This document shows positions 55,190 to 64,000 of a DNA stretch of 64,000 nucleotides, in pieces. This DNA is from an uncultured bacterium (lineage in GTDB: Bacteria > UBA8248 > CAZNSX01): the NCBI GenBank assembly GCA_964575845.1, contig CAZNSX010000007.1, forward strand, positions 80,772-144,771. The letters are read 5' to 3'. The translations under genes and the position numbers were made by a program. Numbering within the stretch: the first letter of the stretch is position 1; every line of letters starts with the position of its first letter. Below the pieces are notes generated by a model. That model did not search any database. It was not told where the DNA came from and saw only the letters and a list, made by a program, of their open reading frames with translations.

Positions 55190-56575
55190 ATGCTGGGCCA
55201 CAAGAAGAGGATTATGGCTCTGGCCGTATTGGCCCTTACCCTTTCGGGTTACAGGGCCTGGGCTTCGGAGCCCCGGTGGGATGTGAAAGAGCACTTCCTT
55301 TCCAATGGGTTAAAGGTTCTGCTCTTGGAGGACCACAGAGCCCCGGTCCTCACTTTTCAGGTCTGGTACCGGGTCGGGTCCCGAAACGAAGCCCCCGGTC
55401 AAACGGGTCTTTCTCATATGCTGGAGCACATGATGTTCAAGGGCACTCCGCAATACGGGCCGGGGGTCTTCTCAAATTTGGTACAAAAACAGGGTGGTCG
55501 CCACAACGCCTTTACCAGCCGAGACTATACTGCCTATTTCGAGACCCTGGCCTCAGACCGGGCGGAGGTTGCTCTGAAGCTCGAGGCCGACCGCATGGTG
55601 AATCTCCTCCTGGACCCCGAAGAGATAGCACGGGAGCGGCGGGTGGTGATGGAGGAGCGGCGCTCCTCGGTGGAGAACCGTCCCGAGCGTGAACTCTTTG
55701 AGAAGGTGGCGGCCACAGCCTACAAAGTTCATCCCTACCGCTGGCCCATCATAGGCTGGGCGGAGGATATAAGAAATTTCAACCGAGAAAAGCTTCTCTC
55801 CCACTACCGCAAATACTATACGCCTGGCAATGCAACCCTCATCTTGGTGGGCGACTTCGATGCGGCCGATATGCTCAAGCTTGTGGAGCGTTATTTTGGC
55901 TCCATCCCTGCAGGGCCATCGGCCCCCAAGCTAAATTCCGTTGAGCCTCCCCAGCGGAGAGAGCGAAGGGTCACACTGGAAAGGGTTGCCCGCCTCCCCT
56001 CGGCTGTCATGGCATTCCATGTTCCCAACATCCTCTCGCCTGATGCCTTCCCCCTGGAGGTTCTCGCCGCTATCCTGGGGGGCGGGAAAAGTTCGCGACT
56101 GCATCAAGAACTCGTTTACCGCCGGGGGATGGCTCTCTCCTCAGAGGCCGACTACTCGCTCTTGAGCGCCGACCCTGGCCTCCTCTATGTAAATGCGCAG
56201 GCTTCCCGCGAGACGGACGTCCGCGAACTCGAGTCCGCCGCCCGGCAAGTGGTGGAAAGGCTGAAGGAAGGGCTTGTCGGGGAGGAGGAACTGGCCAGGG
56301 CCAAGAAGAGCCTCAGGACGAAGTTCATCCTGGCCCAGGACTCCCAATTTTATCGGGCGATGCTCTTGGGCAGGGCGGAGAGCGTGGCCGGCTGGCGGCT
56401 GGTTAAGAAATACCTACAGCACATTGAAGCCGTGAGGGCCGAGGATGTTCGGCGGGTGGCCCGACGCTACCTCGTGGCGGAAAACCGCACGGTGGGAACC
56501 TTGATACCACTGAAGGGGAAGGCCCCAGCGAAACCCTCGGCCCCGGTGAGACACCCAAAGAGCCAGAGGAGGTAA
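55190..56575 (+). CDS. M16-family zinc peptidase (active subunit)
   Basis: HxxEH motif (GLSHMLEHMMFKGT) and a signal peptide. AAGGAGG lies 8 nt before the ATG at 55190. Confidence 0.85.
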   Translation: MLGHKKRIMALAVLALTLSGYRAWASEPRWDVKEHFLSNGLKVLLLEDHRAPVLTFQVWYRVGSRNEAPGQTGLSHMLEHMMFKGTPQYGPGVFSNLVQKQGGRHNAFTSRDYTAYFETLASDRAEVALKLEADRMVNLLLDPEEIARERRVVMEERRSSVENRPERELFEKVAATAYKVHPYRWPIIGWAEDIRNFNREKLLSHYRKYYTPGNATLILVGDFDAADMLKLVERYFGSIPAGPSAPKLNSVEPPQRRERRVTLERVARLPSAVMAFHVPNILSPDAFPLEVLAAILGGGKSSRLHQELVYRRGMALSSEADYSLLSADPGLLYVNAQASRETDVRELESAARQVVERLKEGLVGEEELARAKKSLRTKFILAQDSQFYRAMLLGRAESVAGWRLVKKYLQHIEAVRAEDVRRVARRYLVAENRTVGTLIPLKGKAPAKPSAPVRHPKSQRR

Positions 56576-56579
56576 TCCC

Positions 56580-57911
56580 ATGGCCAAGGCATCTTTTGCC
56601 GGAAAGCTGGCTTTTCTCTTCTTCCTTTTCATTGCAGCAACCGCCTCCCCCGCTCCTCTGGCCGAGAGGAGGGTTCTTCCCAACGGCATTGTTCTGCTGT
56701 CCTCAGAGCAAAAGTCTCTTCCCATCGTGACGGTGCGCCTTGCCGTGCAGGCCGGCTCCACCATGGAGCAGCCTGCGAAGGCGGGCCTCGCCAACCTCAC
56801 GGCGAGGCTTCTCACAGGGGGGACCGAGGAGCTGAGCGCCCCCGAGATTAGCCGCAGGGTCGATTCCCTGGGCGGCAACCTTTCCGTCTCAGCAGGAAGA
56901 GACTATCTCTGGGCCGGAATCTCTACCCTGAGGGAGGACCTGGATGAAGGTCTGAAGCTTTTGGCCGACATCCTCATCAACCCCACCTTTCCGGAGGAGG
57001 AGTTTCAGAAAAAGCTCCACCTGGTGCAAGGCCAAATCCTTAAGTCTCAGGAAAGGCCAGGATGGGTGGCCAAGAGGACTTTCCGGCAGACCCTCTTCGG
57101 CGAGCACCCCTACGGCCGGCCGGTGGAAGGCACGCTCGAGAGCCTCAAGGGGATAAAAAGGGATGACGTCATCGCCTTTCACAGAGACCACTACCTTCCC
57201 AACCGCACCATAATCGCCCTGGTCGGAGACCTATCGCATCAAGAGGCGGAGGGAGCCGTGAGAAGGTGGTTTGGAGGCTGGCGTCGGGGCCCTGAGACAA
57301 AGCCATTCCTGGGGCCCCTCCCAGATCGCACCGGGTTTACCGTCAAGAAAATCGACCGACCTCTGTCGCAGGCCCATATTCTCATGGGCCACGAAGGCAT
57401 CCCGCGCAACCACCCCGACTACTATACCGTCCAGGTAATGAACTACATCTTGGGCGGAGGTGGCTTTGAGTCCAGGCTGCTTAAGAACCTCAGGGAGGAG
57501 CGAGGGCTGGTCTACAGTGCCTCCAGCTATTTCATGTCGGGAATACACGCGGGCTATTTCCTTTTGGGATTTCAGACCGAAAACTCCTCAGCCAACCTGG
57601 CTATTGACCAGGCTCTGGCCGAGCTGAGACGCCTGCGAGAGGAGGGGGTAACCGACGCGGAACTCTCGGATGCGAAGGCATACTTTACGGGGAGCTTCCC
57701 CATGCGCTACGCCACAAATAAGGGTAGGGCCAAGCTTTTACTAAAGCTTGAACTCTACGCCCTGGGACTGGACTATCCAGAGCGTTACTCCAAACTTATA
57801 AATGCTATAGACCGCGAAGCTGTCCTCCGAGCCGCCAGGAAATATCTTCATCCCGAAAGGCTCCTCCTCACGGCCGTTGCCGACCAGAAAAAGGCGGGAC
57901 TAAATTACTAG
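56580..57911 (+). CDS. M16-family peptidase, non-catalytic partner subunit
   Basis: M16 fold pattern without HxxEH, immediately downstream of the active subunit. Confidence 0.8.
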   Translation: MAKASFAGKLAFLFFLFIAATASPAPLAERRVLPNGIVLLSSEQKSLPIVTVRLAVQAGSTMEQPAKAGLANLTARLLTGGTEELSAPEISRRVDSLGGNLSVSAGRDYLWAGISTLREDLDEGLKLLADILINPTFPEEEFQKKLHLVQGQILKSQERPGWVAKRTFRQTLFGEHPYGRPVEGTLESLKGIKRDDVIAFHRDHYLPNRTIIALVGDLSHQEAEGAVRRWFGGWRRGPETKPFLGPLPDRTGFTVKKIDRPLSQAHILMGHEGIPRNHPDYYTVQVMNYILGGGGFESRLLKNLREERGLVYSASSYFMSGIHAGYFLLGFQTENSSANLAIDQALAELRRLREEGVTDAELSDAKAYFTGSFPMRYATNKGRAKLLLKLELYALGLDYPERYSKLINAIDREAVLRAARKYLHPERLLLTAVADQKKAGLNY

Positions 57912-58106
57912 GATAGTTGATGTGGCGGGCGTAACTTTCCGCCCACTTTTCTAATTCGATAGGGTGGTCTCCAGCACCAGCTCTTACCCGGCCCTTCATC
58001 CCGCCTTGATTTAAAAGGTAAAGTCGGTTAAGATTATAAATGAAATCACCAGGTCGGAACAGGTCTTGGGGCGGACATCTCGGTTCGTGCTGCTGGGAGA
58101 TCGGCT

Positions 58107-58574
58107 ATGGAGAAAGAGGGCCACGGGATCCGCGAGCGCATCACGGCGGACCTCACCGGCGCCATGAAGCAGAAGGATGTTCTCCGCACCTCCACACTTC
58201 GCATGATCCTGACCCAGCTCACCCACAAGGCCAAAGAAAAGGGCCAGAGAGTGGACGAGGGGCAGATAGTGAAGCTCCTGTACACCATGCTCAAGCAGCG
58301 CCAAGAGGCTGCCGAGCAGTTCGCTCGGGCGGGCCGACCCGAGCTGGCCGAGAAGGAAAGGGCCGAGATGGGCATCATCGAGGGCTATCTGCCAGCCCAG
58401 CTAGACACTGAAGAGATCCGGGCTGAGGTCCGCGAGGCCATTGCGGAGCTGGGCGCCAGCGGCATGAGGGATATGGGAAAAGTCATGGGATACATGACAA
58501 AGAAGCTGGCCGGGCAGGCCTCTGGCGGCACCATTAGCGAGGTAGTCAAGGAAGAGCTGGGTGGCGCCGGATGA
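58107..58574 (+). CDS. yqeY: GatB/YqeY domain protein
   Basis: I..DL..AMK.KD......LR.I......K...  E....I..YLP is the typical YqeY pattern. Confidence 0.8.
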   Translation: MEKEGHGIRERITADLTGAMKQKDVLRTSTLRMILTQLTHKAKEKGQRVDEGQIVKLLYTMLKQRQEAAEQFARAGRPELAEKERAEMGIIEGYLPAQLDTEEIRAEVREAIAELGASGMRDMGKVMGYMTKKLAGQASGGTISEVVKEELGGAG

Positions 58575-58583
58575 GGAGAGCCT

Positions 58584-58901
58584 ATGGCTTACGAGATGCA
58601 TTCCCTCTACGAGATCCTTGAGTGTGGACCAGATCGTGAGGAAATAATCTCGGCCCTGGCCGAGAGAAGTTGCCGCGTCTTCGAGGTGATTCAGCCCGCC
58701 GACGCTCTCGTCCCCTACCACGTCCACGAGGAGGACGAGGTGATAATCATGCTCGAAGGCCAGGTGAAGATGAATATCGAAGAGGAGCTCATCGTCATCG
58801 GCCTGGGCGATGTCCTGACGGTGAAGGCCGAGTCGATTCATTCGGCCATGACCATGGATAAGAAGCCAGCCAAGCTTTTGCTTGCCTATGGCTGCATTTA
58901 G
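58584..58901 (+). CDS. cupin domain protein
   Basis: YHVHEEDEVIIMLEGQV is cupin motif 1. Confidence 0.65.
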   Translation: MAYEMHSLYEILECGPDREEIISALAERSCRVFEVIQPADALVPYHVHEEDEVIIMLEGQVKMNIEEELIVIGLGDVLTVKAESIHSAMTMDKKPAKLLLAYGCI

Positions 58902-59015
58902 CCTGAGCTTGCCTTACCCCTTGCCACTGAAAAATCCCCTCCGATGAAAGAAAGCTCGTGAGAGAGTGCAAACCCTTAGGGTGCCCTTTCTTTGGCCTCA
59001 GCCTGGAGGATAGCC

Positions 59016-59357
59016 ATGGATATTTACAGTTGGAGCGATATACCCGAAAAGCACGTCTTTGAAGGGGCTCGTCGGCGCACCATCGTAGGGGAGAAACTGC
59101 TCATCCTGCGGCAGTGGTGGGAGCCCGGATGCGAAGGTCCCGGACTCCACAGCCACCCCGAGGAGGAGCAGTTCACCATGGTGCTCGAAGGAGAGGTCGA
59201 AGTGATGATAGGTGGGGAGAAGGCCACACTAAAGGCCGGCCAGGCGGTGCGGTTCCCTCCGCGCTCCCAGCATATGACACGTGCCGTGGGCGAGCGACCG
59301 GCCTTCTTGGAGGAGGTCTTCTCGCCGGTGCCCGAGGGTATCGCACGTCAGGCCTAG
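59016..59357 (+). CDS. cupin domain protein
   Basis: GLHSHPEEEQFTMVLEGEVEV...G.AVRFPP...H. The start is set at the ATG at 59016, after GGAGGA. Confidence 0.65.
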   Translation: MDIYSWSDIPEKHVFEGARRRTIVGEKLLILRQWWEPGCEGPGLHSHPEEEQFTMVLEGEVEVMIGGEKATLKAGQAVRFPPRSQHMTRAVGERPAFLEEVFSPVPEGIARQA

Positions 59358-59364
59358 GCCTCCC

Positions 59365-60018
59365 TCAGATAATCTCCACCCGGATGTCTGAGGCGGCATT
59401 TGCCAGGAGGTCTTTAAAAGCTCGGGCCTCTTCTTCGCTCGCCACGATGGCCCCATAGTGCATGGGGATTGCCACCTTGGGGTGGATGGTCTGGGCGGCG
59501 GCCACCGCCTCCTCGGGAGTCATGACATAGGTGCCACTCACGGGCAGGAGCGCGATGTCGATTTTCTTCAGCTCCTTCATCTCCGGGATGTAATCGGTAT
59601 CGCCCGTATGGTATAGGCGAACGCCGCCCATCGTCAAGACGAAGCCCAGGTTCTCTTCACTCGGCGGGTGGAAGACCTCCTTGCGCTCAGGGTCTCGATA
59701 TTTATCGATATTGTAGGCCCTGACCGCCTCCACCTTCACCCCCTTTACGGTCTGACTCTCGCCGGGAAGGATGACCCTGAAGTTTCCGCCCAACTTGGCC
59801 TTGGAGGAACTGGAGCCCACCAGGACGGTATCCTCTTTGGATACCTGCTTCACCTTATCGGGGTCGCAATGATCGAAATGGTCATGGGTTATGAGAATAA
59901 GGTCCGCCTTCTCGGGCTCGTCGGGCAGCACGTAAGGGTCCACATAGACCACCTGTTCCCCTTTGACCTTTATGGTATCGTGGCCGAGCCTCTCTATTTC
60001 CAGCCCCATGATTTTCAT
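59365..60018 (-). CDS. metallo-beta-lactamase-fold hydrolase (UPF0173-like)
   Basis: ITHDHFDHCD motif; 217 aa. Confidence 0.75.
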   Translation of the reverse strand: MKIMGLEIERLGHDTIKVKGEQVVYVDPYVLPDEPEKADLILITHDHFDHCDPDKVKQVSKEDTVLVGSSSSKAKLGGNFRVILPGESQTVKGVKVEAVRAYNIDKYRDPERKEVFHPPSEENLGFVLTMGGVRLYHTGDTDYIPEMKELKKIDIALLPVSGTYVMTPEEAVAAAQTIHPKVAIPMHYGAIVASEEEARAFKDLLANAASDIRVEII

Positions 60019-60214
60019 CTCGCTCGCCCTCCCTTATGCAACGAAACCAAAGCTTGGCACTTTCAGGTATGGCCGGGGTTCCAATCGGCCTCCCCGCACC
60101 CCGCTCGCAGGCCCGTAACCTTGCCCAAAGCTGGAGCCCGATGGGAGCCCAATCCGATACCGGCGGCATAACTTCCAAAGAACGCAAGGGACCCCATGCC
60201 TGAGAAATCCCCTT

Positions 60215-60679
60215 TTATTCCTCCTCTATTTGTCCTTCCCACTCTATTGCAATGCCCCGCCTCACGCTCTGGGAGGCCGGGCACTTGCTTTCGTGAACCT
60301 CCAGAGCCCGCTCTGCCTCCTCCCTCTTGCCCCTTGGGATCTTGACGTGGTATTTGACGTGGATGCGGGTTATCAAAGCCTGGCCGTCCACCTTCTCGAT
60401 GTAGCCCTCCACCTCCGAGATCAGCTTATCGGGGTGGCTAGGAATCCCGCGCGCCTCCAGCGCGCCGCCAAGGTTTCCAGTCATTCAGGCGGCAACGGCC
60501 GAGATGATGTGGTCCAATGTGGCCGGAAGCTCCTCTTCCACCTCCCGGCCGTAAAACTTCTTTATCCCCCCGTGCATGCCGTATCGGACGGGTTCTTTGA
60601 AGTCCTCAATATAGGCCCTTCTCAGAACCCCTTTATCCTTCAATATCTTCACCCTTGATACATGAACCACCTCTCCCAT
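60215..60679 (-). CDS. osmC: OsmC/Ohr-family peroxiredoxin with an in-frame TGA (60485-60487) at the catalytic Cys position; candidate selenoprotein
   Basis: Two track ORFs (60485-60679 and 60215-60484) are in the same frame, separated only by TGA. The joined sequence reads ...LDHIISAVAA-U-MTGNLGGAL...EVHESKCPASQSV. This aligns with the OsmC AAHAAC-FSMAL and CPVS motifs. Confidence 0.65.
60441..60478 (-). other. SECIS-like stem-loop starting 9 nt downstream of the in-frame UGA
   Basis: The minus strand reads GGAAACCUUGGCGGCGCGCUGGAGGCGCGCGGGGAUUCC. The lower stem is GGAA.CC/GGAUUCC, the upper stem is a 6-bp GCGCGC stem, and the apical loop is UGGAG. Confidence 0.5.
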
Positions 60680-60725
60680 AAGGCAAACCTCCTCTCTATT
60701 AGACGTCCTCTGTGTCTCTTAGGCC

Positions 60726-62333
60726 CTACCTTCGATCCCGCTTCTTTTCTGTTTTCTCCCTCTCCCGGTCCCGGAGAACGCGCCTCAGGATCTTGCCCGA
60801 GGCGGACTTGGGGATGGAGTCCAGAAACTCCACCTCTCTCACCCTCTTGTAGCCGGCAACATGCTCGGCCACAAAGGCCATTATTTCATCGGCCGAGGCC
60901 CTGGCCCCATCTTTGAGCACCACGAAGGCCTTGGGGATCTCCCCCGCCTCACTGTCGGGCTTGCTCGTGACGGCGCAGTCGGCAACGGCAGGATGGCGAT
61001 GCAGGAGAGCCTCCACCTCCCCGGGGGCAACAGCGAAGCCCTTGTATTTGATCATCTCCTTCTTCCGGTCCTTAATATAAACGTAGCCATCCTCATCCAT
61101 GGCGACGAGGTCACCCGTATAGAGCCAGCCCTCCCGCAGCACCCTCTCTGTCTCCTCCTCATCTCGCCAGTATCCCTTCATAACGTGGGGGCCCCTGACA
61201 ACTAGCTCTCCTACCTCTCCCGGCGCCACCTCCTCCCCACTCTCGGGATCAACCACTTTCTGGGGCTGGTCGGAGACAGGGGGCCCTATTGACGAGGGCT
61301 CGATGAGATCTGGCTCAAAATGGTTCATGTGGGTCACGGGAGAGGCCTCCGTGAGGCCATACACCATGAAGGTGGGAACTCCCGTGAGTTCCTCCAACCT
61401 GCGGCGCACCTCCGGGGGAAGGGAGGCGGCGCCGCTGGCGATGAAGCGCAGGCTTGAGAGGTCAAACTTCTTAAGGCTCGGGTACTCACAGAGAGAGAGA
61501 AGCGCAGGCGGCACCCCGTAGAAGAGGGTGACCCGGTGCTTCTCGATGAGCCTCAGGCACTCCTCGGCATTGAAGCGCTCCATGAGAACCTGGGCGGCGC
61601 CCTCATAAATGCACCCCCCCATTATCATGGTGCCGAAGATGTGATAGAGGGGAAGGAACACTATGACCCTATCCCGCTCGGTGACCCGGTGATTGGCGAC
61701 GAACTGGATGTAGTTGCTCACCAAATTACGGTGGGTAAGCATAACTCCTTTGGGAAGACCCGTGGTGCCGCTTGAGTAGGGAAGAGCTATGAGGTCCTCT
61801 GAAGGGGCAATAGGGGGTGCAGGAGGGCGGGAGGGGGGGTAGTCTCTCAAAAGCTCGTGGAAGAGGGGAAGGCCGTCGGCCGATGAATCCCCCACAAGAA
61901 CCACCGTTTCGAGCTCTGGCAGCTCCCCTCTGACCGCCCTGAGGATGGGGTAGTTATCTTCGTGCACTATGGCGACCCTGGCCCCGGAATCACGATGCTG
62001 GTGAAGCGTCTCCTCTTCCTTGAAGGTGGGGTTCAGCGGGGTGAATATGGCTCCCAGCTTGGAGACGGCATATACCGCTATCACAAACTCCGTTCGGTTA
62101 AACATGAAAAGTGAAACCCGATCTCCCTTCCGGACTCCCAGCTCCCTGAGGGCATGAGCAAAACTATTGGAGAGGGCTTCCAGCTCCCGGAAGGTTATCT
62201 CTTCATCCTCGAAGATTAGGGCTACATGGTCTGGAACCCGCCGCAGGCTCTCCTCAAGCATCCCGTGGAAGGGGATGTCGGGATATTCCAGGGAAGGCCT
62301 GAAATATTTCGGAAGCCGGCGCTTGCGCTCCAT
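60726..62333 (-). CDS. AMP-dependent acyl-CoA synthetase/ligase (FadD-like)
   Basis: YSSGTTGLPKGVMLTH, YGLTE, TGDL and IKYKGF..AP.E.E motifs. Confidence 0.85.
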   Translation of the reverse strand: MERKRRLPKYFRPSLEYPDIPFHGMLEESLRRVPDHVALIFEDEEITFRELEALSNSFAHALRELGVRKGDRVSLFMFNRTEFVIAVYAVSKLGAIFTPLNPTFKEEETLHQHRDSGARVAIVHEDNYPILRAVRGELPELETVVLVGDSSADGLPLFHELLRDYPPSRPPAPPIAPSEDLIALPYSSGTTGLPKGVMLTHRNLVSNYIQFVANHRVTERDRVIVFLPLYHIFGTMIMGGCIYEGAAQVLMERFNAEECLRLIEKHRVTLFYGVPPALLSLCEYPSLKKFDLSSLRFIASGAASLPPEVRRRLEELTGVPTFMVYGLTEASPVTHMNHFEPDLIEPSSIGPPVSDQPQKVVDPESGEEVAPGEVGELVVRGPHVMKGYWRDEEETERVLREGWLYTGDLVAMDEDGYVYIKDRKKEMIKYKGFAVAPGEVEALLHRHPAVADCAVTSKPDSEAGEIPKAFVVLKDGARASADEIMAFVAEHVAGYKRVREVEFLDSIPKSASGKILRRVLRDREREKTEKKRDRR

Positions 62334-62513
62334 CGCTTCTCCTCCGGGATTTCAGACTCAGGGTCTCCTCCTCGGTCGCCCATTTTAGCATAAAGGTGGG
62401 CCTAGAATAGAAGGGGTGGATGATTTTTGTGAGCCCGAGGGTGGGATTATGGACTATAATTGAGATTTGGGCGTTATCCCAATTCGAGCAACGCTTGTAA
62501 GGAAAGGAAGGGA

Positions 62514-64000
62514 ATGGCATTCGATGTAATTGGAAAGCGAATCCCCCGGGCCGACGGCCCCCTCCAGGCCGCGGGCTCTCCCATTTACGTTGATGACCTC
62601 CCCTTTCCCAACATGCTCTACGGCGCCATCAAGCGGGCCGAGTACCCTCACGCGCGCATCATTGCCGTCGACACCTCCGCCGCGGAGGCCATGAAGGGTG
62701 TCGCGGGAGTCATAACCCATAAGGACATCCCCCTTAACCGCTACGGCCCAAAGTTTCAGGACCAACCCGTCCTTGCCGATGACCGCGTTCGCTGCATGGG
62801 GGACCCAGTGGCGGCTGTGGCCGCCGAGAGCGAGGAGATCGCGCAGGAGGCCCTGGGAAAGATAAAGGTCACCTACGAGGAGCTCCCTCCGGTCCTGGAC
62901 GCCTTTGAGGCCCTTGAGCCCGAGACCATAAAGATCCACCCTAACCATCCCATTGGAAACCTGGTCTTGAAGTGGAAGATAAGGAAGGGGGACGTGGAGG
63001 CCGGCTTCCGGGAGGCAGACCTCGTCCTGGAAGAGAGGTACGACTCCTATGCTCAGGAGCATGCCTCCATAGAGACCCATGTATGCGTGGTAGAAGCTGA
63101 CCATACGGGTAAGATCACCGTTCACGCCACAACCCAGAGGCCCTTTCTCTTCAGGTCGGACCTCTCACACGTGCTGCGGCTCCCCATCCCTAAGGTGAGG
63201 GTCGTTCCCGCCAACATGGGAGGGGGCTTCGGCGGAAAGCATGAGATTGTCCAGGAGGCTCTTGCGGCCATCTTTGCCCTGAGGACGGGACGACCCGTGA
63301 AGTTCCGTTTCAGCCGAGAGGATGAGTTCATCGCCTCCACCGTGCGCCACACCTTTTACATGACCTTCAAGACGGGCGTCATGCGCGACGGGACGATCAC
63401 CGCCCGTCAGATCGAGTTCCTCTCTGACGGCGGCCCCTACACCTCTTGGGGGGAGACCACCGTTTCTAAGGCGGCGCTTATGGGTGCGGGCCCTTACCGC
63501 GTGCCTAACCTCAAGCTGGACGCCCTACTTGTCTATACCAATAACTGCGTTGCCGGAGCGGTGAGAGGGTTCGGGGTCACCCAGTCAACCTTCGGATGTG
63601 AGAGTCACATGGACTCCCTGGCCGAGAAGCTCGGGATGGACCCCAGGGAGTTCAGGGTCAGGAATAGCATGCGGCCGGGGGATAAGGCCCACAGCGGCGA
63701 TCCCCTCTCAAGTTGCGCCGTGGTGGAGTGCATGGAGGCCGCAAGTGAGGCCGTTGGCTGGGGCAAGCCCCCTCCCTATGAGTCCGCCCATCCCCACAAG
63801 CGCTACGGACGGGGCATTGCCTCCATGATATATCCTATCGGCTTCACCGCTTACCATAACCCCAGCTCCGCCTTCGTGAGGGTCAATGAGGACGCCAGCA
63901 TAACGGTTTTATCGGGTTGCGCGGACTGCGGGCAGGGCTCCAACGTGGTTCTTGCTCAGATTGCCGCTGAAGAGCTGGGGATTCCCTTCGAGAGCGTATT
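62514..64000 (+). CDS. xanthine dehydrogenase / aldehyde oxidase family molybdopterin-binding subunit (5' partial, runs off the right edge)
   Basis: My own translation from the ATG at 62514 (after AAGGAAAGGAAGGG) is MAFDVIGKRIPRADGPLQAARGSPIYVDDLPFPNMLYGAIKRAEYPHARI...QEHASIETH...GGGFGGK...GAVRGFG. These are a/b-hammerhead and Mo-binding motifs. It is absent from the ORF track because no stop occurs inside the window. Confidence 0.85.
   Translation, partial: MAFDVIGKRIPRADGPLQAAGSPIYVDDLPFPNMLYGAIKRAEYPHARIIAVDTSAAEAMKGVAGVITHKDIPLNRYGPKFQDQPVLADDRVRCMGDPVAAVAAESEEIAQEALGKIKVTYEELPPVLDAFEALEPETIKIHPNHPIGNLVLKWKIRKGDVEAGFREADLVLEERYDSYAQEHASIETHVCVVEADHTGKITVHATTQRPFLFRSDLSHVLRLPIPKVRVVPANMGGGFGGKHEIVQEALAAIFALRTGRPVKFRFSREDEFIASTVRHTFYMTFKTGVMRDGTITARQIEFLSDGGPYTSWGETTVSKAALMGAGPYRVPNLKLDALLVYTNNCVAGAVRGFGVTQSTFGCESHMDSLAEKLGMDPREFRVRNSMRPGDKAHSGDPLSSCAVVECMEAASEAVGWGKPPPYESAHPHKRYGRGIASMIYPIGFTAYHNPSSAFVRVNEDASITVLSGCADCGQGSNVVLAQIAAEELGIPFESV

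Noticed and set aside
57925-57950. A possible intrinsic terminator after the M16 peptidase pair (GGGCG-taactttc-CGCCC-acTTTTcT)
   Set aside because: It has only a 5-bp stem and an interrupted T-run, which is too weak to report as a feature.
1-64000. tRNA, rRNA or other structured RNA genes in the intergenic regions
   Set aside because: Reading the gaps (5665-5775, 10571-10846, 22253-22454, 23256-23599, 31700-32118, 36457-36666, 42464-42661, 46392-46723, 53306-53585, 54863-55189, 57912-58106) I saw no T-loop (GGTTCGAATCC-like) motif, cloverleaf motif or rRNA signature. This is an eye scan only, so small RNAs cannot be excluded.

Overview
GC-rich bacterial chromosomal window with about 60 protein genes. 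I found no rRNA, tRNA, CRISPR array, transposase or integrase. All family calls come from reading the translations and recalling conserved motifs. No database search was run.

Layout:
- (1) 1-14.9 kb, all minus strand: an aromatic-amino-acid supra-operon, trpE-trpG-trpD-trpC / pheA-hisC-aroF-tyrA, followed by cmk-rpsA-sppA-ihfB, a short macro-domain ORF, a MiaA-shikimate kinase fusion and aroC. aroC is interrupted by an abnormal G/C homopolymer block. A promoter, a Trp-codon leader ORF and an intrinsic terminator sit upstream of trpE.
- (2) 15.2-22.3 kb: prsW-like and RDD membrane proteins carrying zinc ribbons, truA, uvrA, and an AmmeMemoRadiSam pair.
- (3) 23.6-31.3 kb: a tightly packed 7-gene respiratory operon encoding a pentahaem cytochrome c, a TAT-exported molybdopterin subunit, an FeS subunit, an NrfD-type membrane subunit, a small membrane protein, a four-domain cytochrome c and an EB_dh-like haem protein.
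- (4) 32-46.4 kb: DUF169, a zinc-ribbon/adenylate-cyclase/ATPase/TPR giant, an XdhC-like protein, a B12-radical-SAM enzyme with a PqqD-like C-terminus, an orphan ABC substrate-binding protein, a TAT-exported SOR-like protein, pyrD-pyrK and an Ldh_2 dehydrogenase.
- (5) 46.7-53.3 kb: a compositionally mosaic run of same-strand gene cassettes. Almost every gap between them holds a copy of a composite palindromic repeat. It contains two uncharacterised RNxxxH (HEPN-motif) proteins bracketing a 90-aa protein, acetolactate decarboxylase, a trihaem cytochrome, an MNT/HepT toxin-antitoxin pair flanked by a duplicated gene end, and a CN-hydrolase. This is my best candidate for an undescribed system: a candidate defence or toxin-antitoxin module inside an attC/REP-like cassette array.
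- (6) 53.6-64 kb: a PEP-mutase family enzyme, an M16 peptidase pair, yqeY, cupins, an MBL hydrolase, an OsmC-like gene with an in-frame TGA plus a downstream SECIS-like hairpin (candidate selenoprotein), an acyl-CoA ligase, and a partial xanthine-dehydrogenase-family Mo subunit that runs off the right edge.
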